Positions 37,121 to 47,375 are shown, counted from the stretch's first letter. The stretch: 50,933 bases of DNA from an uncultured Melioribacteraceae bacterium (GCA_964516545.1 CAZEXO010000004.1:1-50933); one strand, 5' to 3'. Program-made: numbers and translations. Notes: generated from the letters alone by a model not told the origin.

Positions 37121-40100
37121 ATGGGGGACATTTTTAACTTCTGTTTATTGGGAATTTTTCTGACCCAGTCAATTTTTTTTTCTGCGAAAGTCACAGCTCA
37201 GTCATCAGGAACAGGTTTGATAATCAATGAGATTATGCACAGCCCAACGAGTCCTGAGCCTGAATGGATTGAGATTTATAATTGTTCGCAGGATTCAATA
37301 AATCTGAATGGTTTTGCATTCGATGATAACAAAAACAACCCCCAAACAATTATTTTAAATGAATATTATATTCACAGCGAAGAGTATTTGATTCTCTCCC
37401 GTAATCTTCAAGTTGCTGATAACTACTCATATTCTTTTAATTACATTTGTCCCAAATGGCCTTTATTTACTAATGAAGATGAAGTGAAATTATTCAATGC
37501 CTCAGGCGAACTCATTGATTCGGTTTCATACAGTAGTTCCTGGGGAGGTAAAAGCGGGAAATCAATGGAACGAATTTCTTTCGACGGAGATAGCAACAAT
37601 AAAAATAATTGGGGAACATCAATTGCCGGTGAAGGCGCTACTCCGGGAAAGTATAATTCTATTTCACCGAAAGATTATGATCTCGCTGTCACAGATATCG
37701 GGTTTACTCCCATGGTAGGAATTGAAGACTCAGTAGTGATTGTTCGGGCTTACATTTCTAATTTAGGAAAAAAAACAGCAGACAATTTCTATGTAGTAAT
37801 TATGAATGGACAAGATATTCTATCAGAGGAGAATTTTTATAATTTTCAACCAGGAGATGGCACAACAGTATTTGCTGAAATAAAGAATTTACAATTAGGG
37901 GAATTTATAATCGAATGTTACCTGGGGTTCAGCAGTGACATGAATTATGTGAACAACTCGCTTTCGAAAAAACTGACAGTGCTTCCCAAAGTATATTCTT
38001 ACAATGATCTTGTAATAAATGAAATAATGTTCGAGCCGTATGACGACGAGCCTGAATGGTTTGAGGTTGTTAATACAAGCAACAAAAAAATAAATCTTTC
38101 CGGCTGGACAATTGCTGATGAATATCGCTCCATCAAATTGCCGGATACTTCGTTTTATTTGTTGCCGAGCGAATATCTTGTTATAAGTGCGAAAGATAAT
38201 CTGGAAAGTTTTTATGAGGAAATTCCCGCAAGAATTCTTAAAGTAAATCTTCCTTCTCTTAATAATTTATCAGATGTGGTTGCATTATATGATCATTACC
38301 ATAATAAAATTGACAGCGTTCATTACTCGAAAAAATGGGGTGGCGGGAAAACATTTTCGCTTGAGCGAATAAGTTATAATTCTGATTCCAATGATTCTCT
38401 TAATTGGCAGACATGTTTTAGTAAAACAAGAGGAACTCCGGGGAAAACTAACTCACTTAGTTATAAATTATTTGACATTGAGTTAGCGCGATTAGAAACA
38501 GACAGTTCTTATGTGATTTTGGGAAATAGTCTCGCGATAAACGCAACAGTTGTAAATAAAGGACGTAATAAACCTGCTGATTTTCAACTAACATTATTTC
38601 ATGACAGAAATAATAATTCGCTTTATGAGACAGAGGAGATAATTATTAATCAGAATTATGCATTTTCATCTGCTGAAGATTCACTGAAAATCAGATTAGT
38701 GTTTGATGGATTGTTACCGGGTAAAAATAATTTTCAGGTAGTGATTTCAGAGGAGATGGATGAGGAAACAGAAAACAACTCGCTTACTCTGTCTGTCGAC
38801 TGCATTGAATTAAGGATGAATCCGGGCGACATAATTGTAAATGAAATAATGTTCGCACCGGTTGGAAATGAAGAGGAATGGATTGAATTATTCAACACCA
38901 CCAACAAGTATATTTCGCTGAGAGGAATTTTTATTTGTGATAACCGAAGTGATTTCAGATGGAATAAAGATAACCAGAAAATAAAAGCAAAAAATTTTCT
39001 GGTAATTACCCGAAGTTTTGACAGCATGGAAAAGTACGGCAAGTCAGGTGATTTTATTGAATGTAATTTTCCTTCATTAAATAACAACGGGGATTGTGTT
39101 ATAATAAAAGATTCGCTCGGACGAACAATTACACGTCTTGAATATAATTCTGCTTGGGGAGGCGGAAATGGAAAATCTCTTGAAAGAGTTTCAACTGATA
39201 CACAAGCGAATGATTCGCTAAATTGGAAAAGTTCAAACAGTGAAATAGGCGCAACTCCATGGAGAACAAATTCAGTCTCGCAAAAAGACTACGATATAAA
39301 AATAGAAAAGCTAATAACTAATCCTGAACAGCCGAAACCCGGTGATGAATTATCTTTCATGGTTCAGATCAAAAATATCGGGAAAATTAGTTCAACCACT
39401 AAAATAGAAATTTATGAAACCGCACAAGGAAAAATAAAACAGATTTATTCAGGGGGAATTATCCAGTTAATTCCGGGCGAAGGAAAGGATATACATATCA
39501 GCAAATATTTAAAATGCACCGGTGTACATGATTTAACAGTAGAATGTTCTTCGGAAAATGATGAGGAACCGCGAAATAATAAAATATCTCAAAAAATATA
39601 CCCGTCAATTGAAAACTCAATGTTGTTAATAAACGAGATAATGTATCAACCCATTAATGGTGAACCTGAATGGATTGAATTATACAACAACAGTGATTTT
39701 GAAATTCCGCTTGAGGGGTTGGTGATTAGCGATATCTTATCAACACCGGCAAGAACAGAATTAAAAAGTTCGCAAAAGATATCGCCCCGTTCTTATTGCG
39801 TAATTTCAAAAGATAAAAGTCTTTCAACTCATCATGACAATGTTCCAAACATGATAATTAACTCATTCGCAAATCTAAATAACACTCTTGACGGTGTTGT
39901 AGTAACTGACTATTACAATCACATGATTGACTCAGTTTTTTATGGAAGCAGATTCAAATCGAAAGAAGGATATTCTCTGGAACGTATTTCAACGGATGTT
40001 CTTTCCAATGACTCGTTGAATTGGATGTCCTCGGAAGATTCGGAAAGAAGTACACCCGGGATAATAAATTCGATGACCAATTGCGGAGTTGACTTGTCGA

Positions 40101-42229
40101 TAAAACTATTAAATTGTTTTCCGTTAAATCCAGTTGTCGGTGAAAAAATCTCTCTTGAAATTCAGGTGGAAAACCTCGGACTATTTGACTGTCCACGAGG
40201 TACAATAAATATTTACACGATAAATGAAAATAAAGAGCTGTTAAAAAGTTTACCTACAGAGATAATCAAGCGGAAAGAAATTAAGTGTTACAATTGTTGT
40301 GAATTGATTGTACTTGAAAGGAATACTGAATTTTTTGCTGAAGTGATCAGTTCGTCGGATACCTTATTATCGAATAATAGTATTAACTTTAGCATAAAAG
40401 TAGGACCGCCTCGGGGGAGTATATTAATTAATGAATTCATGAGCAACGCTGCCGAAGGGCAGGATGAATGGATTGAAATTTTTAATTCCTCAAATTATGA
40501 GATTGATCTTGGTGGATGGTTTATTACGGATAATTCTAAAAGTGCAAAAAAAACCTTTTGTGAAAAAGGATGTACACTTTATCCCGGAGAGTATTTTGTT
40601 ATTTGTAAAGATACCTCCTTAAGAAGTACATTAATCAAAGAGGGAATTAAATGCGATGTTGTTGACTTTGCATCTCTGAATAATACAAGTGAAGATGAAA
40701 TTATTATCTATGATTCGAGAGGATTTACAATTGACAGTTTATTTTATGATAGTTCGTGGAATATTGAAAAAGGGTTTTCCAAGGAAAAAATTGTCTCCCG
40801 CGAAAACTCATGTTATAAAAATAACTGGTCTACTTCCATCAGCATAAATGGAGGAACACCGGGTCGCATTAATTCAGTATCTGGATTAATACCTGTTGAA
40901 ATAAACTCGCTGGTGATTAATGAAATAATGTTTAATCCGTCATCAACGAACTGCGATTATTTGGAAATTCTGAATGTCAGCGATGAGAGCATCGAGCTTG
41001 CTTCCTGTTTTCTTATGATTAATGGAAATCAGATTCCGTTAAATAATTATCAGTTATATCTTCATCCTCAGGAATATTTCATTATTTCACGTGATTCTTC
41101 AGTGCTCAATAACTATCCGAAAATAATTGATGATTGGAAAATCAACATAACAAGTAACAGTTCATTTTCATTAACCAATACAAAGCTGGAAATTACTCTG
41201 AAAGATATTTTCAACAATGTAATTGATTCGGTTTATTATGATGTTTCGGGAATATCTTCGGACTATTATAAAAACAGATCACTCGAAAGAATTAATTCAC
41301 AAGATTATTCTTGTGATTGTCAGAACTGGTATCCTTCCGTTAACAACCGCGGGGGCACACCGGGCGAAACCAACTCGGTTACGGAATTACAAAACATAAA
41401 TGCGAATTCATTAGTGATAAATGAAATTATGTTTGATCCTTCTGCTGATAATTCTGAGTTTATTGAGATACATAATAAATCCTCTGAAAATATCGAGCTA
41501 TCCGGATGTTATGTAAGAGTTGGAAAATATTCGTACGAACTGACTAATTCCCTCACAAATTTATCTCCCGGAGATTATTTTGTTTTTGCTTCCGACTCTT
41601 CTTTAGTAAATAATTATTCATGGTTGAGCACAGAAAGTAAATGTTTTATCCATGGGAATAGCGGATTTAGTCTTCCGAATACATCAGGCGAAATCGCGAT
41701 ATTTGATCATTGGAATAATAAAATAGATTCGGTTCATTACGAAAATACTTTTCACAATCCGAATTTAGTGACAAATAAAAACACGTCTCTTGAACGAATC
41801 AACACCGGATTGTCAGCTCTTGATAATTCCAATTGGAATAGCAGCGTTGATTTATGGGGAGCGACACCCGGGAAAAAGAACTCAATCCACATCGAAGTTG
41901 TTAAGTCAGATACAAAGTTTGAAATTAACCCGAATCCTTTTTCACCGGATAATGACGGATTTGAAGATTTCACAATCATAAGTTACAATTTACCGAAAGT
42001 TATTTCCCGTTATCGTCTGAGAATATTCGACAGGGAAGGACGGCTGGTAAAAACTCTGGTAAACAATGAGCTGACAGGAAGCAGCGGGGAGGTGATTTTC
42101 AACGGACTTGATGAATCGGGACGCGCCTTACGAATAGGAATTTACATTGCTCTTTTTGAGGCAAGCGATCCATTCAGCGGATATCAGGAAATAATTAAAA
42201 AACCTTTTGTGGTGGCGAGAAAATTATAG
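37121..42229 (+). CDS. giant secreted protein: 7 lamin-tail domains (LTD), 4 CARDB-like spacers, C-terminal FlgD-Ig/T9SS-like sorting domain
   Basis: 1702 aa. Signal peptide ending AQ/SS. Seven modules each start (L/V)INE(I/F)M..P....EWIE(I/L)(Y/F)N and end SLERI...NW.....GTPG..NS. The C-terminus (41918-42226) reads NPNPFSPDNDGFEDFT...LRIFDREGRLVKTL...GIYI. Confidence 0.9.
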   Translation: MGDIFNFCLLGIFLTQSIFFSAKVTAQSSGTGLIINEIMHSPTSPEPEWIEIYNCSQDSINLNGFAFDDNKNNPQTIILNEYYIHSEEYLILSRNLQVADNYSYSFNYICPKWPLFTNEDEVKLFNASGELIDSVSYSSSWGGKSGKSMERISFDGDSNNKNNWGTSIAGEGATPGKYNSISPKDYDLAVTDIGFTPMVGIEDSVVIVRAYISNLGKKTADNFYVVIMNGQDILSEENFYNFQPGDGTTVFAEIKNLQLGEFIIECYLGFSSDMNYVNNSLSKKLTVLPKVYSYNDLVINEIMFEPYDDEPEWFEVVNTSNKKINLSGWTIADEYRSIKLPDTSFYLLPSEYLVISAKDNLESFYEEIPARILKVNLPSLNNLSDVVALYDHYHNKIDSVHYSKKWGGGKTFSLERISYNSDSNDSLNWQTCFSKTRGTPGKTNSLSYKLFDIELARLETDSSYVILGNSLAINATVVNKGRNKPADFQLTLFHDRNNNSLYETEEIIINQNYAFSSAEDSLKIRLVFDGLLPGKNNFQVVISEEMDEETENNSLTLSVDCIELRMNPGDIIVNEIMFAPVGNEEEWIELFNTTNKYISLRGIFICDNRSDFRWNKDNQKIKAKNFLVITRSFDSMEKYGKSGDFIECNFPSLNNNGDCVIIKDSLGRTITRLEYNSAWGGGNGKSLERVSTDTQANDSLNWKSSNSEIGATPWRTNSVSQKDYDIKIEKLITNPEQPKPGDELSFMVQIKNIGKISSTTKIEIYETAQGKIKQIYSGGIIQLIPGEGKDIHISKYLKCTGVHDLTVECSSENDEEPRNNKISQKIYPSIENSMLLINEIMYQPINGEPEWIELYNNSDFEIPLEGLVISDILSTPARTELKSSQKISPRSYCVISKDKSLSTHHDNVPNMIINSFANLNNTLDGVVVTDYYNHMIDSVFYGSRFKSKEGYSLERISTDVLSNDSLNWMSSEDSERSTPGIINSMTNCGVDLSIKLLNCFPLNPVVGEKISLEIQVENLGLFDCPRGTINIYTINENKELLKSLPTEIIKRKEIKCYNCCELIVLERNTEFFAEVISSSDTLLSNNSINFSIKVGPPRGSILINEFMSNAAEGQDEWIEIFNSSNYEIDLGGWFITDNSKSAKKTFCEKGCTLYPGEYFVICKDTSLRSTLIKEGIKCDVVDFASLNNTSEDEIIIYDSRGFTIDSLFYDSSWNIEKGFSKEKIVSRENSCYKNNWSTSISINGGTPGRINSVSGLIPVEINSLVINEIMFNPSSTNCDYLEILNVSDESIELASCFLMINGNQIPLNNYQLYLHPQEYFIISRDSSVLNNYPKIIDDWKINITSNSSFSLTNTKLEITLKDIFNNVIDSVYYDVSGISSDYYKNRSLERINSQDYSCDCQNWYPSVNNRGGTPGETNSVTELQNINANSLVINEIMFDPSADNSEFIEIHNKSSENIELSGCYVRVGKYSYELTNSLTNLSPGDYFVFASDSSLVNNYSWLSTESKCFIHGNSGFSLPNTSGEIAIFDHWNNKIDSVHYENTFHNPNLVTNKNTSLERINTGLSALDNSNWNSSVDLWGATPGKKNSIHIEVVKSDTKFEINPNPFSPDNDGFEDFTIISYNLPKVISRYRLRIFDREGRLVKTLVNNELTGSSGEVIFNGLDESGRALRIGIYIALFEASDPFSGYQEIIKKPFVVARKL
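37214..41884 (+). repeat. diverged in-frame module array (LTD repeats)
   Basis: LTD modules at 37214-37660, 38006-38455, 38828-39274, 39620-40072, 40418-40876, 40907-41377 and 41408-41884. Start-to-start spacing is 792, 822, 792 and 798 nt, then 489 and 501 nt. Conservation shows only as short islands at the DNA level, e.g. AATGAAATAATGTT. Confidence 0.8.
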
Positions 42230-42555
42230 TTTCTGGCAGCAAATATTTTTATCACGATGAAGTTATTTTCATAATTTGAATGAGGATTTTGTATCTTCAT
42301 GTAAGTGAAAGGAATTAAAAGAAATAGCATGGGAGTGAATGTGAAATTAACACTGGAAAAATTATTATTAATAAAAGAAGAAATTGCGAAAATTTATTTT
42401 CGTATTGTTATTAAAAGGCTTGTTGCCGCCTGGATAAAAAATGAGTTGAAGTGGAGTAAAAACTAATTTCTCATCTTCTATAGTCCCGGCCTGATTGGAT
42501 TACGCAAATGATTTTCTTAAATTTATCCCCCCTTTAGAATTAAGGCTAATGAAAT

Positions 42556-43200
42556 ATGAAGAACTGTTTTATTTATTTATATATTATAACGATCGCACTT
42601 GTATTTTCATCCTGTGACAAAAACATTGAGAATTTATCAGTTAGCAAGAGCAGGGTAATCGATTATTATGAATCCGGCGAATATGAAGATAACCTGCAAG
42701 CAGCGCTTGAACCGGCTTATGAATTTCTTTCTGAGCGGGCTGATGTTGTGAATCCTGCCGTAATATTCGATGTTGATGAAACAATTCTCTCAAATTATGG
42801 TTACATAAAAAGTATTGATTTCGGATATGAGAGAAAATTATGGGATGACTATCTGGCAAACATTGATGCAAAACCGATAAACAACACAGTCGATTTATAC
42901 AAAAGTCTGATTGAAAAAAATATCGCCGTGATTTTTCTTACCGCTCGCTCACAGGAAACATATCATCATACATTTGAAAATCTAAAAACAGTTGGAATTA
43001 ACAAATTCGATACGCTCATCTGCCGTGCCGAAGAATATGAAAAAATTTCCTCATCCGAATTCAAAGAACTTGAACGTATACGCTTAACTGAAACAGGTTA
43101 TAACATAATAATGTGTGTTGGCGATCAGGATTCCGATATGCAGGGAAAGAACACCGGAGTAAAAATCAAACTACCGAATAAAATGTATATTAATAATTAA
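42556..43200 (+). CDS. HAD-superfamily acid phosphatase (class B/C, subfamily IIIB-like) lipoprotein
   Basis: 214 aa. Lipobox VFSSC. HAD motif I VIFDVDETILSN, motif II LTARS, motif IV GDQDSD. Confidence 0.8.
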   Translation: MKNCFIYLYIITIALVFSSCDKNIENLSVSKSRVIDYYESGEYEDNLQAALEPAYEFLSERADVVNPAVIFDVDETILSNYGYIKSIDFGYERKLWDDYLANIDAKPINNTVDLYKSLIEKNIAVIFLTARSQETYHHTFENLKTVGINKFDTLICRAEEYEKISSSEFKELERIRLTETGYNIIMCVGDQDSDMQGKNTGVKIKLPNKMYINN

Positions 43201-43323
43201 TTGTCCGGGTGAGCCGTCGTTGTTCCCGGAAATGTTATTGAATTAGTGAAGTCAAATTTCCATCGGTTCACTTAACAAAAATCGCTATTTTAAAACGATC
43301 CTAAAACGAATAAAAATTCACGC

Positions 43324-46300
43324 ATGAAAAAATTCGCCGTGTTTTTCATTCTTTTCTTATTCACACCAGATGTTTTCGGTTTAGCTGAGAAGGAAAGAGA
43401 TAATTTCCGAATCGAGCGTCTCTCGCTTGAAGAAGGAATAGCTCACAACATGGTTTTTTCTATTGTTCAGGATCAACGCGGGTTTATATGGATTGGAACA
43501 GCGCTCGGTCTGATCAAATACGACGGCAACCGTTACACAAACTATCGGACTTCCATTGAGGATACAAATTCTCTTTCAAACGATGATATAACAACTATAA
43601 TTGAAGACAGCGAAGGACGACTGTGGATAGGCACTTACAGCGGCGGTCTTAATATTTACGATAAAGATGCAGGTTTATTCACAAGACTTGATGTTGAATT
43701 TTTCGGGTTGGGTGACAAATGGAACGGACTTGTCTGGAGTCTTGCCGAAGACACTAAAGGCAACATTTGGGTTGGCACTCTCGACGCGGGAGTAATCAAG
43801 ATAAATAAAAGTACTCTCCAATTTAAAATTTATATGAGTGATCAGGATAATCCTGCTTCAATAAGTGTTAATGCAATCAGCAAAATTCTGACAGATAAAA
43901 ACGGCGAGGTCTGGCTCGGATCAAACGACGGTATACTTCACAGATATAATTCCACAAAAGATAACTTCACAAGATTCACTGAACTTGACAATGGACGACA
44001 GACTTCTTTTGCGGTTATAACCGTAATATTTGAAGGAAGAGAAAATGTGTTTTGGGTCGGAACAGAAAAAGGCTTGTACGTTTTTGATAAGAAGAAAAAT
44101 AAATATTTGAGTTCAGGAGATTCTGAATTTTCTGCTTTAACTGGTGAATTGATTAATTGTGTTTATGAGGATCGTAGCGGAAGAATATGGATTGGCAGTG
44201 GAAATGGTCTTCATGTTTTTGACAGTAAACTTAAATTAATCACTCACCTAAAACATGTTGAAAATGATCCTCACTCGTTAAGCAGCGATGTTGTTGTAGC
44301 TGTTTACGAAGATATGTCGGGCGTTGTCTGGGTTGGTACTTATTTGGGCGGAGTTGACAAAATTTACGTTAACCAGGATAAATTTAATTTGTATAGAAAA
44401 AACGCGATGCTTGAAAGTACGTTCAGCGATAATCATATTTTTGACATATCGGAAGATGAGAAGGGAATAATCTGGCTTGCTACGAATCGCGGGCTCAACA
44501 GTTTCAATAAAGAAAAAAACGAAATAAATATTTATTCCAGCGTGGCAAAATTACCCGGACTACTAAGCTCTGATAATGTTCGTTCACTCGCTGTTGATAA
44601 GGATAATAATTTATGGATTGGTACAAACAACGGGCTTGACAAGCTTAATCTTGATTCAAAAAAAATATCTCATTACAAGTATAATTTTCTCAATCGTTTT
44701 AGCCTAAGTGATAACAGAGTTACTGAAATTCTTGTTGACAGAAAAGGGACCGTGTGGGTAGGTACATTTAAAGGACTGAATAAATACTATTCCGGCAGTG
44801 ATGAGTTTATTCGTTATCTTCCGGGACTAATGGAGCCTTCAACAAAAGAGGAAAGAATCGAATCTCTTTTTGAAGACAAAGAGGGAAATATCTGGATTGG
44901 TACGAACCGCGGATTGTTCATGAAAAAACCTTTGAGTGATGAAATGGTTTCTTATCGACATGATCCAAAAGTCAAAGGAACATTGAGTCATAATTATATT
45001 TATTCAATACATGAAAGCCAAAAAGGAGATTTGTGGCTCGGTACCGGCGGCGGACTGAATAAGTTTCTTAAGCAGAAAAATAGTTTTGTTTATTATGATG
45101 AAAACCATGGATTACCCGACAGAGTAATTAAAGGAATTCTTGAAGACGACAAAGGTTTTCTTTACTTAAGCACTAATAAAGGATTATCAAGATTCGATCC
45201 TGAGACTGAAACTTTTGTTAATTACGATATCGGCGACGGATTACAAAGTAACATGTTTGTTGACGGCGCTTATCTGAAACGAAAGAACGGAGAAATGTTA
45301 TTCGGAGGCATTAATGGATTTAATTCTTTTTTCCCCTCGAAACTGAAACCCAAATCTTTCGTCCCGCCTATTTATATTACTTCAATAAAAAGATTTGATG
45401 AACAATTGATATTCGAGAAGGAAATTACAGCGGTAAAAGAAATCATTCTTGATTATTCTGATAACTTTATAACCTTTGAATTTGCCGCTCTTGATTATGT
45501 TAATCCGGCAAAAATTGATTACGCTTACAGGCTGATTGGAATAGATGATAACTGGGTTTACTCCGGAAACACAACAAAAGCGAGTTACACAAATCTTCCT
45601 CCCGGTGATTATATTTTTGAGGTGAAAGCTACGAACAGTGATAAAATATGGAGCGATAGAGTGCTGGCGGTTTCATTAATTATCACTCCCCCCTTCTGGA
45701 GAACATGGTGGTTCAATTCATTGTTGGTGTTTCTTCTTGTCGGAATATTTTATCTCGTGCATAAATTAAGAGTGAAAAGTGAATTAAGAAAGGCTATGGA
45801 AATCGAAGAAGTGCGCCTGCAGGAAAATGAAAGTGTAAGAAAAAAAGCCGCTGACGATTTTCATGATGAATTGGGCTATCGCCTAACTAAAATATCGCTC
45901 TATGCTGAAATTCTTAAAAAGGATTCCTGCAAATCTGAAGAAGAGAAGAAGGAATATCTGGAACACATCGGTGATATCACTAAAAGTCTTTCACATGGGG
46001 TAAGAGATTTTATCTGGACACTTGACCCGGTTAAAGACACTCTTTATGATACGATTATCAGACTGAAAGATTTCGGCGATGACCTTTTTGATAAAACCGG
46101 AATTGCCTTCAGAGTGAAAGGTATTTCGCATGAGTTCGAAAACGTAAAACTTACTATGGATTGGCGAAGACAAATCACACTCATTTATAAAGAAGCGATG
46201 AATAATGTTTTGAAATATTCCGGAGCCGAGAACGTTCTGTTGGAATTTTCTTTTACCGATGATTTATTGAAGATATCTCTTCAAGATGATGGAAAAGGCT

Positions 46301-46440
46301 TTGATATTGTAAAGGAATCGAGGGGACGGGGTTTACGCAACATTGTTACGCGCGCGAAAAATATTAATTGTAAAGCTGAAATTCTTTCTCTAAACAACCA
46401 GGGAACAACCGTATTGTTTGAAGGACGAATAACGATATAA
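43324..46440 (+). CDS. sensor histidine kinase with Reg_prop beta-propeller repeats and Y_Y_Y domain
   Basis: 1038 aa with a signal peptide. Many W(I/V)GT..GL repeats. One TM helix (WWFNSLLVFLLVGIFYLV). HisKA_3-like FHDELGYRL. HATPase motifs NNVLKYS, DDGKGF, GRGLRN. Confidence 0.9.
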   Translation: MKKFAVFFILFLFTPDVFGLAEKERDNFRIERLSLEEGIAHNMVFSIVQDQRGFIWIGTALGLIKYDGNRYTNYRTSIEDTNSLSNDDITTIIEDSEGRLWIGTYSGGLNIYDKDAGLFTRLDVEFFGLGDKWNGLVWSLAEDTKGNIWVGTLDAGVIKINKSTLQFKIYMSDQDNPASISVNAISKILTDKNGEVWLGSNDGILHRYNSTKDNFTRFTELDNGRQTSFAVITVIFEGRENVFWVGTEKGLYVFDKKKNKYLSSGDSEFSALTGELINCVYEDRSGRIWIGSGNGLHVFDSKLKLITHLKHVENDPHSLSSDVVVAVYEDMSGVVWVGTYLGGVDKIYVNQDKFNLYRKNAMLESTFSDNHIFDISEDEKGIIWLATNRGLNSFNKEKNEINIYSSVAKLPGLLSSDNVRSLAVDKDNNLWIGTNNGLDKLNLDSKKISHYKYNFLNRFSLSDNRVTEILVDRKGTVWVGTFKGLNKYYSGSDEFIRYLPGLMEPSTKEERIESLFEDKEGNIWIGTNRGLFMKKPLSDEMVSYRHDPKVKGTLSHNYIYSIHESQKGDLWLGTGGGLNKFLKQKNSFVYYDENHGLPDRVIKGILEDDKGFLYLSTNKGLSRFDPETETFVNYDIGDGLQSNMFVDGAYLKRKNGEMLFGGINGFNSFFPSKLKPKSFVPPIYITSIKRFDEQLIFEKEITAVKEIILDYSDNFITFEFAALDYVNPAKIDYAYRLIGIDDNWVYSGNTTKASYTNLPPGDYIFEVKATNSDKIWSDRVLAVSLIITPPFWRTWWFNSLLVFLLVGIFYLVHKLRVKSELRKAMEIEEVRLQENESVRKKAADDFHDELGYRLTKISLYAEILKKDSCKSEEEKKEYLEHIGDITKSLSHGVRDFIWTLDPVKDTLYDTIIRLKDFGDDLFDKTGIAFRVKGISHEFENVKLTMDWRRQITLIYKEAMNNVLKYSGAENVLLEFSFTDDLLKISLQDDGKGFDIVKESRGRGLRNIVTRAKNINCKAEILSLNNQGTTVLFEGRITI

Positions 46441-46504
46441 TTGAAAACGAGAGAGTAATTGTTTATTATCAAAATGTCGAATTTAATTATTTACCGGGAG
46501 CGAA

Positions 46505-46966
46505 GTGATAACAGTAGCCATTGTGGAAGATCATCAGGAAATACGCGATAGTCTCGCGTTATTAATTAATGCCACGGAAGGATATGAATGTCCGGCAACT
46601 TATTCAGATTGTGAATCTGCAATTGAAGGCATTGAAGAAAATCTTCCCGACGTTGTTCTGATGGATATTGGTTTGCCCGGAATGTCGGGTATTGAAGGAA
46701 TAAAAAAAATTAAACAGAAACATCCCGATATAGATTTTATAATACTATCAATCCATGAAAATGACGAGAACGTATTCGAATCGCTCTGTTCCGGCGCTAC
46801 CGGTTACCTAACAAAAGAGACCCCGCAAAGCTCACGGACCCCAGCCTCGTCATTTACCATCCCGTCCGTGTTTGCGACGGGCATATCATCGTCACAAACG
46901 GTGACCAGACAGAAACTATCCGTGACAATATGCTGGCTGAAAACAGCTTTCACACGTCACTATTAA
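46505..46966 (+). CDS. NarL/LuxR-type response regulator, receiver domain only; 3' part replaced at the breakpoint
   Basis: GTG start after GGGAG. The receiver motifs are intact (VAIVEDH, VVLMDIGLPGMSG, GATGYLTK) up to about 46816. After that the frame runs into GC-rich foreign sequence and gives non-homologous residues to a stop at 46966. No HTH domain is present. Confidence 0.8.
   Translation: MITVAIVEDHQEIRDSLALLINATEGYECPATYSDCESAIEGIEENLPDVVLMDIGLPGMSGIEGIKKIKQKHPDIDFIILSIHENDENVFESLCSGATGYLTKETPQSSRTPASSFTIPSVFATGISSSQTVTRQKLSVTICWLKTAFTRHY
46810..46820. other. compositional and reading-frame breakpoint
   Basis: Receiver-domain homology ends at about 46816 (frame 2). IMP-cyclohydrolase homology (DPAKLTDPSLVIYHPVRV) begins at about 46819 (frame 1). 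G+C jumps at the same place. Confidence 0.8.
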
Positions 46967-47346
46967 AGCGCGACTTCGAGCCGGACGCACCCAATTATAC
47001 GCCGCGCATATCGGGCCTCGTCCTGCCGGACGGAAGCTATAAGCTGTCGATTCTCAAAAGCCTTGACGGCAACCCATCCTGCTGCTGCCGCTATTTCTAT
47101 GAATACGACACCGCGGTTGCCGGCATGGGGCATTTCATCCATACGTACAAATGTGACGGCGATCCTATCCCCTCCTTCGAGGGAGAGCCGAAACCTGTCG
47201 TCATAAACGGCACCCTCGGTGAGCTGACAAGCAGCGTGTGGAACGCGCTGAACGAGAACAACAGGGTTTCCCTGTACGGCATGTCGAAGGACATTCAAAC
47301 CGGTGAAGCAGAAAGCATCATCATCAATAAAAACCTTAGAAATTAG
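46819..47346 (+). CDS. IMP cyclohydrolase, PurO-type (PF07826-like), 5'-truncated fragment
   Basis: The frame is open from 46765 with no start codon before 46930. The translation DPAKLTDPSLVIYHPVRVCDGHIIVTNGDQTETI...FEPDAPNYTPRISG matches my memory of the central and C-terminal part of bacterial PurO-like enzymes. The N-terminal ~60-70 aa appear to be missing; that figure is an estimate. Confidence 0.7.
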   Translation, partial: DPAKLTDPSLVIYHPVRVCDGHIIVTNGDQTETIRDNMLAENSFHTSLLKRDFEPDAPNYTPRISGLVLPDGSYKLSILKSLDGNPSCCCRYFYEYDTAVAGMGHFIHTYKCDGDPIPSFEGEPKPVVINGTLGELTSSVWNALNENNRVSLYGMSKDIQTGEAESIIINKNLRN

Positions 47347-47375
47347 TAAAATAATCTCCGCAGGAGGTTTTCAGC

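Noticed and set aside
37214-41884. Periodic repeats, considered as a possible CRISPR array or DNA tandem repeat
   Set aside because: The periodicity is 490-820 nt, in frame and protein-level only (LTD modules). There are no short, identical direct repeats with unique spacers anywhere in the window.
42329-42466. 45-codon ORF (MGVNVKLTLEKLLLIKEEIAKIYFRIVIKRLVAAWIKNELKWSKN) in the 326-nt gap after the giant gene
   Set aside because: It has no clear SD and only a short amphipathic sequence of the kind AT-rich DNA readily produces. It remains unsupported without conservation data.
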